Positions 18,749-26,834 of a DNA stretch of 32,000 nt are shown in pieces. The notes under the pieces were generated by a model. It saw only the letters and a program-made list of their open reading frames with translations, had not been told where the DNA came from and made no database searches. The stretch comes from Vibrio alginolyticus NBRC 15630 = ATCC 17749 (GTDB lineage: Bacteria; Pseudomonadota; Gammaproteobacteria; Enterobacterales; Vibrionaceae), in NCBI RefSeq assembly GCF_000354175.2, contig NC_022359.1, forward strand, positions 240,001-272,000. The letters run 5' to 3'. The first letter of the stretch is position 1. Each line of letters begins with the position of its first letter. A program made the translations under genes and the position numbers.

Positions 18749-19471
18749 ATGAACAGCACGATTCAAACAATTCTCAACCACCGCTCAATTCGAAAATTCA
18801 CCTCACAACCGATTGAGAGCGAACAATTAGATGCCCTTCTTCAAGCCGGCCTTGCGGCGTCCTCATCAAGCATGTTGCAAGTCGTTTCAATTATTCGCGT
18901 GACCGACAAAGAAAAACGTACGCTATTAGCTCAATATGCCGGAAATCAAGGGTACGTTGAAAGCGCGGCTGAGTTTTTGGTGTTTTGCATTGATTACCAA
19001 CGCCACGCCAGTATCAACCCAGATGTTCAAGCTGACTTTACCGAGTTAACGCTAATAGGCGCTGTAGACTCGGGCATCATGGCACAAAATTGCTTGCTTG
19101 CGGCGGAGTCGATGGGACTAGGAGGTGTGTATATTGGTGGTTTACGAAACAATGCCCAAAAAGTAGACGAATTATTAGGTTTACCTAAAAATACCGCCAT
19201 TTTATTTGGTATGTGTCTTGGTCATCCAGATCAAGCCCCTGAAGTAAAACCTCGCCTACCTAAGCATGTCGTGGTGCATGAAAATCAGTATCAAGACCTA
19301 AGCTTGGATGATATTCAGACGTATGACCAAACTATGCAAAACTACTATGCAAACCGTTCGAGCAATCAAAAACAGAGTACTTGGTCGCAAGAAGTCACCT
19401 GTAAACTGGCTGGGGAATCACGTCCGCATATCCTGCCTTACTTAAACAGTAAAGGACTCACTAAAAGGTGA
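18749..19471 (+). CDS. nfsA: NADPH-dependent oxygen-insensitive nitroreductase / flavin reductase, NfsA/Frp family
   Basis: 'LNHRSIRKFT', 'GLAASSSSMLQVVSIIRV', 'FLVFCIDYQRH', 'AESMGLGGVYIGGLRN' and 'RPHILPYLNSKGL' match the NfsA / V. harveyi Frp family. Confidence 0.9.
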   Translation: MNSTIQTILNHRSIRKFTSQPIESEQLDALLQAGLAASSSSMLQVVSIIRVTDKEKRTLLAQYAGNQGYVESAAEFLVFCIDYQRHASINPDVQADFTELTLIGAVDSGIMAQNCLLAAESMGLGGVYIGGLRNNAQKVDELLGLPKNTAILFGMCLGHPDQAPEVKPRLPKHVVVHENQYQDLSLDDIQTYDQTMQNYYANRSSNQKQSTWSQEVTCKLAGESRPHILPYLNSKGLTKR

Positions 19472-19495
19472 TGACCACAATACGATAGGATCAAA

Positions 19496-19517
19496 AAAGG
19501 CCTCTGAAGAGGCCTTT
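19496..19517. terminator. Bidirectional terminator hairpin (nfsA / lipoprotein gene)
   Basis: aaaggcctc-tgaa-gaggccttt with an A-run upstream. It lies between convergent genes. Confidence 0.7.
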
Positions 19518-19540
19518 AGAATTTATCAGCAAAAACTTGC

Positions 19541-20434
19541 TTAGTTACCGCCTGTCGCGCCAGTGCCTGGACCCGGTGGATCTTCAGGTTCAATTGGCTC
19601 ACCGACTTCCGCATCTGGGATTTGTGGTACTTCAGGTTCGATATCTTCTAGTGGAGTGTCGTTATCAATAGCCTCTTGTACATCAGCAACAACTTTCTGA
19701 GTATCTTCAGCTGGAATCGTTACGTAGATAACATCACCCGAATCATTCTCAGGATAATTTGGGTTCGCCGCGATTACATCTTCTGTTATTGCTTTTGCAG
19801 CAACAGCTACAGCTTCAGGCGAAGCTGTTGGGTTCGCTTTGATGATATCTGATACAACGTTTGCTGTTGCAACTAGCTGAGTAGCAAGTGCGCTGTTACC
19901 ACCCTCACTACCAAGTCCTGCTACTACAGATTCTGTATCACGAAGGATTTCGTCAACTGTTTTACCACTTGCATTGATATCGATACCCAAATTCTCGAAT
20001 ACTTTTTCAGCGATATCAGAAGAGTATACTTCACCATCTTTTAAAGAGTTAGCAACCAAAGTCGTAAATGGAGAGCCTGTTACCAATGAATCCGTCTGGG
20101 CTAGGCCTTGAGGGATTTTGTAGTCAGATGTAATAGGTTTACCATTTGACGCGTCTTTACTATCTTCTGTGTGCGTTAATACGAAAGCACAATCACCTGG
20201 CGCATTTACAACGTTGATATTTTCAAAACGCGCTTTACCAACCATACCTTCATAGTTTGTTGTATTTTCAATCGCGTCGTATGTCTCACCACCACATACT
20301 GCTTGAACTTTCATGCCGATAACAGCTGGGTCATAAGCCTGAACTGAGTATCTTTTTACCTCAGGATCGCTGTCACTACCACAACCTGCTAGTAGGACTG
20401 CTGCCACACTTGCCGTTAAAAGTTTGATTTTCAA
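19541..20434 (-). CDS. Lipoprotein of unknown function with an acidic, Pro-rich C-terminal tail
   Basis: Lipobox 'LLAGC|GSDSD'. The C-terminus is 'EPEVPQIPDAEVGEPIEPEDPPGPGTGATGGN'. TTG at 20434 (GGAG 6 nt upstream) is preferred. The TTG at 20446 is the alternative. It is divergent from wza. Confidence 0.65.
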   Translation of the reverse strand: MKIKLLTASVAAVLLAGCGSDSDPEVKRYSVQAYDPAVIGMKVQAVCGGETYDAIENTTNYEGMVGKARFENINVVNAPGDCAFVLTHTEDSKDASNGKPITSDYKIPQGLAQTDSLVTGSPFTTLVANSLKDGEVYSSDIAEKVFENLGIDINASGKTVDEILRDTESVVAGLGSEGGNSALATQLVATANVVSDIIKANPTASPEAVAVAAKAITEDVIAANPNYPENDSGDVIYVTIPAEDTQKVVADVQEAIDNDTPLEDIEPEVPQIPDAEVGEPIEPEDPPGPGTGATGGN

Positions 20435-20812
20435 AATTAGCTCCAATATTTGTTGTTATATCCGACCGCAACAGGAAGCATAACGGCAGTTGCATATAGT
20501 GTAAATAGGATGCATACAACTTTGGCATGAGTTTTTTCACATTCTTGCCTGTTTGCTTGTGCAAAATCATGCATTCATCTCATTAACGTTAAATAGACAC
20601 AATTTTGTCATGTATTCGTCAGTATTTTTTCAAGTAACTTGTTGCCTTTATTGCAACCAGATGGATAATAGTTGACTATTTTTTGTGGGTCGGATTTTCA
20701 CACCTTCATTAATGAAACTAAGAGCTCTAAGTCGCTAGCAGCCATTTGGAGTGTTTATTACACAAATAATTCTGAATGGACTCGCTTTCTAAAGGCTTAA
20801 AACTGCAGTAAA

Positions 20813-20828
20813 TCATCAATATTGATGA
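20813..20828. promoter_or_regulatory. Perfect 16-bp palindrome, candidate operator or 5'-UTR hairpin upstream of wza
   Basis: tcatcaat|attgatga, with imperfect extension to ctgcag...tgcag (20803-20835). It lies 65-80 nt upstream of the wza ATG in a 446-bp AT-rich divergent intergenic region. Confidence 0.4.
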
Positions 20829-20892
20829 AATGCAGTTCAATTAGAATGAATCAATTTCAGTCGGCAAACTTTCTTTCGGTAGTTATAAACCA

Positions 20893-22011
20893 ATGAACAC
20901 ATTTAATAAATTTTTGGGGATATCAGTACTTCCTATCCTTCTTACAGGGTGTACTTTGCCTGGTAGCCACCTTTCGGTCAGTGACAAAACAGTCATGAGC
21001 ACTGAATCGAGTGATATAGAGTCTCAGGTTACCGTTTATCCCTTAACTTTGGAGCGCGTAACGTCTTTAAATTCAGTGGACCCTTTTTCAAAACCAAACC
21101 CAGAGTTAGATATTGAAATCGCAAAATATGAATACGAAGTAGGACCTGGCGATATCCTAAATATCACTATTTGGGATCACCCAGAGCTAACGATCCCAGC
21201 GGGCTCATACCGAAGCTCAGCCGAAGCGGGTAACTGGGTGCATTCGGATGGCACGATCTTCTACCCTTACATAGGTGTCGTACATGTTGAAGGCAAAAAC
21301 GTACGTCAGATTCGTGCAGACATTGCAAGCCGCCTTGCAAAATACATTGAGAGCCCACAGGTCGATGTAAGCGTTGCGGCATTTCGCTCTAAAAAGACTT
21401 ATGTAACTGGCGAAGTTAACAAGCCAGGACAACAACCAATTACAAACATCCCCCTTACACTTCTAGATGCTGTGAATAGAGCTGGCGGACTGGCTGCCGA
21501 GGCTGATTGGCGTAATGCGACACTGACACGCAATGGCGTTGTTGAAAACGTCTCTTTGTATGCTCTGATGCAACAAGGCGATTTAACTCAAAACCGCCTT
21601 CTAAAGCCTGGCGATATTGTTCATATTCCTCGAAACGATGCGCAAAAAGTATTTGTTATGGGCGAGGTTAACGATCCGAAATTACTCAAAATTGATCGTA
21701 GCGGCATGAGCCTTACTGAGGCTCTTAGCAGCGTTGGTGGTATCAGTGAAATCTCCGCAGATGCTACCGGTGTGTTTGTCATCAGACGTTCAAAAGAAGA
21801 AGCTAAAATGGCGGACATTTATCAGCTAGATGTTTCTGACGCTTCTGCTTTGGTGATTGGTACTGAGTTTGATCTCAACCCTTACGACATAGTCTATGTG
21901 ACGGCTGCACCTGTTAGTCGTTGGAATCGTGTGATTGCTCAGCTCGTTCCAACCATTTCCGGCTTTAATGAACTAACCGAAGGTGTACTACGAGTACGCA
22001 CTTGGCCGTAA
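20893..22011 (+). CDS. wza: Polysaccharide export outer-membrane lipoprotein Wza (OPX family)
   Basis: Lipobox 'LLTGC'. Poly_export motif 'YEVGPGDILNITIWDHPELT', SLBB-type repeats and a C-terminal amphipathic helix region. Confidence 0.9.
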   Translation: MNTFNKFLGISVLPILLTGCTLPGSHLSVSDKTVMSTESSDIESQVTVYPLTLERVTSLNSVDPFSKPNPELDIEIAKYEYEVGPGDILNITIWDHPELTIPAGSYRSSAEAGNWVHSDGTIFYPYIGVVHVEGKNVRQIRADIASRLAKYIESPQVDVSVAAFRSKKTYVTGEVNKPGQQPITNIPLTLLDAVNRAGGLAAEADWRNATLTRNGVVENVSLYALMQQGDLTQNRLLKPGDIVHIPRNDAQKVFVMGEVNDPKLLKIDRSGMSLTEALSSVGGISEISADATGVFVIRRSKEEAKMADIYQLDVSDASALVIGTEFDLNPYDIVYVTAAPVSRWNRVIAQLVPTISGFNELTEGVLRVRTWP

Positions 22012-22015
22012 AACA

Positions 22016-22049
22016 ACGTGCCGCAAGAAAATTATCTCTTGCGGCACGT
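22016..22049 (+). other. Perfect 13-bp-stem hairpin in the wza-wzb intercistronic gap
   Basis: acgtgccgcaaga-aaattatc-tcttgcggcacgt, starting 5 nt after the wza stop. No U-tract follows. Confidence 0.6.
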
Positions 22050-22140
22050 AATCGATAGCTACTCAGCTCAATTGCGCAATATAAAGAAGCCAGCAATTCA
22101 GTTGAGATCATAAGCATACAACTTAAAGTAGGGTAAGCAT

Positions 22141-22581
22141 TTGTTTTCTAATATTCTTGTCGTCTGTGTCGGTAATATTTGCCGCTCTCCAACAGGAGAG
22201 CGGCTTTTGCAGTCTTTACTACCAAACAAACATGTCGCATCAGCAGGAATCGCAGTAGATAAGAGCCATCTAACGGGAAAAGCTGCTGACGAGATGGCAA
22301 CCACTATCGCGAACGAACATGGCGTAAGCTTAGATGGACACGAAGCACGACAATTAACACCTGAGCTTTGCGCTCAATACGATCTGATATTGGTTATGGA
22401 AAAAGGTCATTTAGAAGCCTTAACCAAAATCGCTCCTGAGGCACGAGGTAAAACGATGCTGTTTGGACAGTGGATAAATGAACAAAACATCCCTGATCCA
22501 TACAGACAAAGTAGAGAAGCTTTCGAACATGCATATACGCTTATAGAAAAAGCAGCAAAAGCGTGGTCTCAAAAACTATAA
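22141..22581 (+). CDS. wzb: Low-molecular-weight protein-tyrosine phosphatase Wzb
   Basis: 'ILVVCVGNICRSPTGE' (CX5R(S/T) P-loop) and 'DPY' Asp loop. Collinear with E. coli Wzb from residue 1, which supports the TTG start at 22141. Confidence 0.88.
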   Translation: MFSNILVVCVGNICRSPTGERLLQSLLPNKHVASAGIAVDKSHLTGKAADEMATTIANEHGVSLDGHEARQLTPELCAQYDLILVMEKGHLEALTKIAPEARGKTMLFGQWINEQNIPDPYRQSREAFEHAYTLIEKAAKAWSQKL

Positions 22582-22632
22582 GCCGCAAGGCTAAATAAAC
22601 GCCAATGGTAAGGTATTTAAGAAGTTAAAGTA

Positions 22633-24801
22633 ATGACAACACAAACTATTAAGCAATCACGTCAAGCCGACGATGAGATCGATTTGGGAAAGTTATTTGG
22701 GATCATTCTCGATGCCAAATGGCTCATTCTATGTACCGTAGTCCTATTTTCGATTATAGGCGTCGGCGTTGCCATTCTATCAACACCTATCTATAAAGCT
22801 GACGCTCTTATCCAAATCGAAAGTAAGAGTTCAGGTGGTATTTCAGCGATGGTTGGTGATATGGGAGAGCTGTTTTCAGCAGAATCATCAGCGACAACAG
22901 AAATAGAGATCATCAAATCTCGTATGATCTTGGGCGGTACTGTTGATAAGTTCAACTTAACGACTGTCGTTTCTCCAAACTACATGCCAATTATTGGTAA
23001 AGGCCTAGCTCGACTACAAGGTGAGCAAATCAGTCTGAGCGTTTCACGATTTAATGCTCCTTCTTACGCAGTTGGCGTTCCTTTAACTCTTGAAGTTATT
23101 GATTCTGAAAAACAGACGTTCAGGCTCTTAGAAGATGACAATAACGTCATTCTAGAAGGTAAAGTTGGTGAACTGCTTGAGAAGAATGGATACCAGTTTT
23201 TGGCGACTGAACTTGTGGCTCAAACTGGTGACTCATTCACGGTCAGCAAAATCAGTAAATTAGATGCAATTAATAAACTTCAAGAAAACTTATCGATTAG
23301 CGAACGTGGTAAGCAAACCGGGATTATATCTTTAAGCTTCTCTGGTGAAGACCGCGCTAAGATTCAAGATATCTTGAACGACATTAGCCAAAACTACTTC
23401 TTACAAAACGTTCAAAGAAATTCTGCAGAGGCAGAGCAAAGCCTCGAGTTCTTGAAAGGTCACCTCCCAGACATCAAAACAAAACTGACCGCTTCTGAAG
23501 ACGTTTTAAATCGGTTCCGTCAAGAAAATGAATCTATCGACTTAGGCCTTGAAGCTCAGTCAACGCTGAAAGTAATGGTTGAGTTAGAAGCACAGCTAAA
23601 TGAGCTTACATTCAAAGAAAGTGAGATCAGCCAACGCTTCACACAGGATCACCCAGCTTATAAGTCGCTACTTGATAAACGTGAAACACTATTAAAAGAG
23701 AAAGAACGTCTTAATAAACAAGTTCAAAAGTTACCGAAAACACAGCGTGAAGTTCTACGTATGACACGCGATGTAGAAGTAAACCAACAAATCTACATCC
23801 AACTATTGAACAAGGTTCAAGAGCTCAACATTATTAAAGCCGGAACAGTTGGCAACGTTCGAATCTTAGATAACGCTCAATCTTCCTCTAAGCCAATTAA
23901 GCCGAAAAAAGCGCTTATCGTTGTGCTAGCAACACTGCTTGGCGGTATGGCAGGCGTGGCTTTCGTATTAATTCGTGCAGCATTCCACCGTGGTGTGGAA
24001 ACACCAGATCAAATTGAACAAATTGGCATGCCAGTTTACGCAAGCGTTCCAAAATCTATTCAACAACTGGAATTTGCAAACAAGCTTAAGCGCAACAAAG
24101 GCAGCAACAATGAGCTAGTCCTTCTAGCGGAAGCTAACCCAGCCGATCTTTCCATTGAGGCTCTACGTAGTCTTCGCACTAGCTTGCACTTTGCAATGAT
24201 GGAAGCGAAGAATAACGTTCTTATGATTTCAGGTCCTGCACCATCTATCGGCAAAACATTTGTATCGACCAACTTTGCGGCCGTCGCTGCGAAAACCGGT
24301 CAGAAAGTGCTGCTTATTGATGCGGATATGCGTAAAGGTTATTTGCAGCAATGCTTCGGTCTACGTTGGGACAACGGTCTTTCTGATTACTTGAGCGGTA
24401 AGACATCCCTTAGCAACATCATTAAATCGACATCCATTGATAATTTAGATGTTGTGACTCGCGGCCAAGTACCACCAAATCCGTCAGAACTTCTTATGCA
24501 CCCTCGCTTCAAGAGCTTTGTTGACGAGATGTCTGCACAATACGATCTAGTCATCATCGATACACCGCCTGTACTCGCAGTTACCGACCCAAGCATTGTT
24601 GGCGCGCTTGCAGGAACAACTCTGATGGTCGCTCGTTTTGATCAAACGACTTTGAAGGAGATTGAAGTCGCGCAAGGTCGCTTCGAGCAATCAGGCGTTG
24701 AAGTTAAAGGTGTGATTCTCAATGCAGTTGAGAAAAAAGCATCTAACTCATACGGCTATGGATACGGCTACTATAACTACGCGTACAAAAGCGAATCATA
24801 A
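22633..24801 (+). CDS. wzc: Polysaccharide co-polymerase / BY-kinase tyrosine autokinase Wzc
   Basis: Two TM segments flank a periplasmic coiled-coil domain. Walker A 'GPAPSIGKTFVS', Walker A' 'VLLIDADMR' and Walker B 'VIIDTPP' are present. The C-terminal Tyr cluster is 'SYGYGYGYYNYAY'. Confidence 0.92.
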   Translation: MTTQTIKQSRQADDEIDLGKLFGIILDAKWLILCTVVLFSIIGVGVAILSTPIYKADALIQIESKSSGGISAMVGDMGELFSAESSATTEIEIIKSRMILGGTVDKFNLTTVVSPNYMPIIGKGLARLQGEQISLSVSRFNAPSYAVGVPLTLEVIDSEKQTFRLLEDDNNVILEGKVGELLEKNGYQFLATELVAQTGDSFTVSKISKLDAINKLQENLSISERGKQTGIISLSFSGEDRAKIQDILNDISQNYFLQNVQRNSAEAEQSLEFLKGHLPDIKTKLTASEDVLNRFRQENESIDLGLEAQSTLKVMVELEAQLNELTFKESEISQRFTQDHPAYKSLLDKRETLLKEKERLNKQVQKLPKTQREVLRMTRDVEVNQQIYIQLLNKVQELNIIKAGTVGNVRILDNAQSSSKPIKPKKALIVVLATLLGGMAGVAFVLIRAAFHRGVETPDQIEQIGMPVYASVPKSIQQLEFANKLKRNKGSNNELVLLAEANPADLSIEALRSLRTSLHFAMMEAKNNVLMISGPAPSIGKTFVSTNFAAVAAKTGQKVLLIDADMRKGYLQQCFGLRWDNGLSDYLSGKTSLSNIIKSTSIDNLDVVTRGQVPPNPSELLMHPRFKSFVDEMSAQYDLVIIDTPPVLAVTDPSIVGALAGTTLMVARFDQTTLKEIEVAQGRFEQSGVEVKGVILNAVEKKASNSYGYGYGYYNYAYKSES

Positions 24802-24837
24802 CTTGAATTTAGATCGCTGATTAAACCAAATATGACA

Positions 24838-24866
24838 AAGCCCTGCTAGAAACAGCAGGGCTTTTT
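24838..24866. terminator. Rho-independent terminator after wzc
   Basis: aaagccctgct-agaaac-agcagggcttttt. It abuts the stop of the convergent minus-strand gene. Confidence 0.8.
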
Positions 24867-25241
24867 CTATTGCACTCTTAATTGCTTGTACGTAATCAAA
24901 CTAAGCAAGACAAAGAATATTGGGTCACTCCAACCAAAACCGACAAATACTCCGATAATGCCGGCATAGGTAGTAATCACTGCCCCTAAGCCATTAGTAA
25001 TCAATAATGCTTTAAACAGCTGTTTCGCAGTATGCCCTGATTCCACATTACGTAACATCAAACTCACCGCAGCGATTCCACCTAAAAAGATCGAAGTATG
25101 CTGCGATAAAAACAGCGCGTACTGGTCGTTAATTTGTACTCCATACATCGGCCACATTATGGTTGGTACAAAAAACAACGCAAAAGCGAATACCGTATAT
25201 ACGACACCATGAACGGTTAGAAAAGTGCGGTTGGTCATCAT
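24867..25241 (-). CDS. Small integral membrane protein (4 predicted TM), family not recognised
   Basis: 124-aa hydrophobic ORF. It starts 4 nt after the ydhR-like stop, so it is probably co-transcribed. Confidence 0.6.
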   Translation of the reverse strand: MMTNRTFLTVHGVVYTVFAFALFFVPTIMWPMYGVQINDQYALFLSQHTSIFLGGIAAVSLMLRNVESGHTAKQLFKALLITNGLGAVITTYAGIIGVFVGFGWSDPIFFVLLSLITYKQLRVQ

Positions 25242-25245
25242 CTCC

Positions 25246-25554
25246 TTATCCTCTAATAGGCCCTTGATTGAGCGTCGTTAACAGCACATTGATATCGAAG
25301 ATTTGACCTCGTACTTCGACTACACCCATTTTTCGCAAGCGTGCGGCATGCATTTCGAGATAAGCTTGCGCCGTGGCTTCATCTTCAAAAAGATAGATAC
25401 CACCACCGAGTTTGTCTTTTTCGCTTTCCGTCCAGATTTTCCAAATCATGCCCGGCTCTTGGTTAATCGACTTAGCTAAGTCGACCAAAGCATTCGACAT
25501 CTCTTCACCAAACGGACCATGAAATTCAAAATCAACTTGCAATAATTTCGCCAT
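25246..25554 (-). CDS. ydhR: YdhR-family putative monooxygenase (dimeric alpha/beta barrel)
   Basis: Collinear with E. coli YdhR as recalled ('LLQVDFEFHGPFG', 'SINQEPGMIWKIWTESEK', 'GGIYLFEDE', 'AYLEMHAARL'). Confidence 0.8.
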   Translation of the reverse strand: MAKLLQVDFEFHGPFGEEMSNALVDLAKSINQEPGMIWKIWTESEKDKLGGGIYLFEDEATAQAYLEMHAARLRKMGVVEVRGQIFDINVLLTTLNQGPIRG

Positions 25555-25663
25555 CTTGAGTCTCCTCTTCTTATTGACTCATTTTCGATGACAAGATTAT
25601 TACCTTTATAAAACTGACAGAAAAGTTCATAATTTTGCCATTAACTGTCTAAAAAATTGACTC

Positions 25664-26554
25664 ATGAGACTAAAAACGACCTTAGAACAATGGCAAACGC
25701 TACAAGCGATTAATCAAGAAGGCAGCATTCAATCCGCAGCTTTACTGCTCAACAAGAGCCATACCACATTGATCTACTCGGTGAGGAAGTTAGAAGACCA
25801 ACTTGGTATTCAACTTATCGAAGTACGAGGGCGCAAAGCGGGTTTGACAGAGCACGGCAAAACCATACTGCGTCGTGCACAATCCATGCTTGAACAAGCG
25901 CGGGAACTAGAAGTCATCAGCGAGCAGTTAAAAAGTGGGGTGGAATCTCAAATCACGGTCGCAATAGATCATCTTTGTGACCCTTGTTGGCTTTATGCAC
26001 CACTCAGTCAATTTTTGGAGGACAACAACACGACCTCCGTTCAAGTGGTTGAAACGTCACTGAGCAAAACAACCGAAATGGTCGTAAATGAGCTCGCTGA
26101 CATCGCAATCATCAACTTACCGATAACCAACTACCCTGCCGAAGCATTTGGCGTAACAACCATGCTGCCTGTAATCGCAGCACACCATCCACTCGCTAAA
26201 AAGCCGCATGTTTCCATCGACGATTTTGCAACCACCAGCCAAATTGTCATCCGTGACTTAGGTGATTCAGACAAAACGAAAAGAGATGTGGGTTGGTTAC
26301 GCGCACGTCAGCGTATTACCGTCGATAACTTCGACCACGCTTTTCACGCCGTAGAGCAAGGCGCTGGATTTTGTCGGCTACCAGCGCACTTAGTCGCAGC
26401 CCGCAAGAGCGATAAAATTAAAGTATTGGAGATCGAACACTCCCATCAATATCAAGTTGCGCTGCACCTCACTTTACCCAAAGGAGCCAAAAGTGGTCCT
26501 GCTACTCAAGCGCTTTATCGTACTTTACTCAAAAGTGTAGAAACTCGAGCCTAG
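25664..26554 (+). CDS. LysR-family transcriptional regulator
   Basis: N-terminal wHTH 'LQAINQEGSIQSAALLLNKSHTTLIYSVRKLEDQLGIQLIEVRGRKAGLTEHG' plus a substrate-binding domain. Divergent from the ydhR operon. Confidence 0.85.
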   Translation: MRLKTTLEQWQTLQAINQEGSIQSAALLLNKSHTTLIYSVRKLEDQLGIQLIEVRGRKAGLTEHGKTILRRAQSMLEQARELEVISEQLKSGVESQITVAIDHLCDPCWLYAPLSQFLEDNNTTSVQVVETSLSKTTEMVVNELADIAIINLPITNYPAEAFGVTTMLPVIAAHHPLAKKPHVSIDDFATTSQIVIRDLGDSDKTKRDVGWLRARQRITVDNFDHAFHAVEQGAGFCRLPAHLVAARKSDKIKVLEIEHSHQYQVALHLTLPKGAKSGPATQALYRTLLKSVETRA

Positions 26555-26834
26555 CGACAGTGGTATTGAGTTGAATCGCTAGTGTTATCGCCTATTGATT
26601 CTCCCTAAATATAGAGAAACGGCCATTTTGTGACGCTACACTCTCACAAAAGGTTGCACGAAGGATAGCGACCACCTACTATCACTCTGCTCATGCCTAA
26701 AGCACCCAACACTCGCGGAAAGAACTCGGTTCACGGCAATATCCTCACCTGCTTGGTTTAGCAGGCAAAATCTGTTTTTACCTTCTTTTTAGCTTCTATT
26801 TAGGCGAGTGTGGAAGAAATAAGAAAGGTGAAAT

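Noticed and set aside
20376-20570. 64-aa minus-strand ORF overlapping the lipoprotein start and running into the AT-rich control region
   Set aside because: It overlaps the supported lipoprotein signal-peptide region in another frame. It is probably a chance ORF in AT-rich DNA.
20875-20882. 'ttcggtag' considered as an ops/JUMPstart (GGCGGTAG) RfaH-recruitment element upstream of wza
   Set aside because: Only 6 of 8 positions match. It lies just 10 nt before the start codon, where an ops site in a long leader would not be expected. No surrounding JUMPstart-like sequence was recognised.
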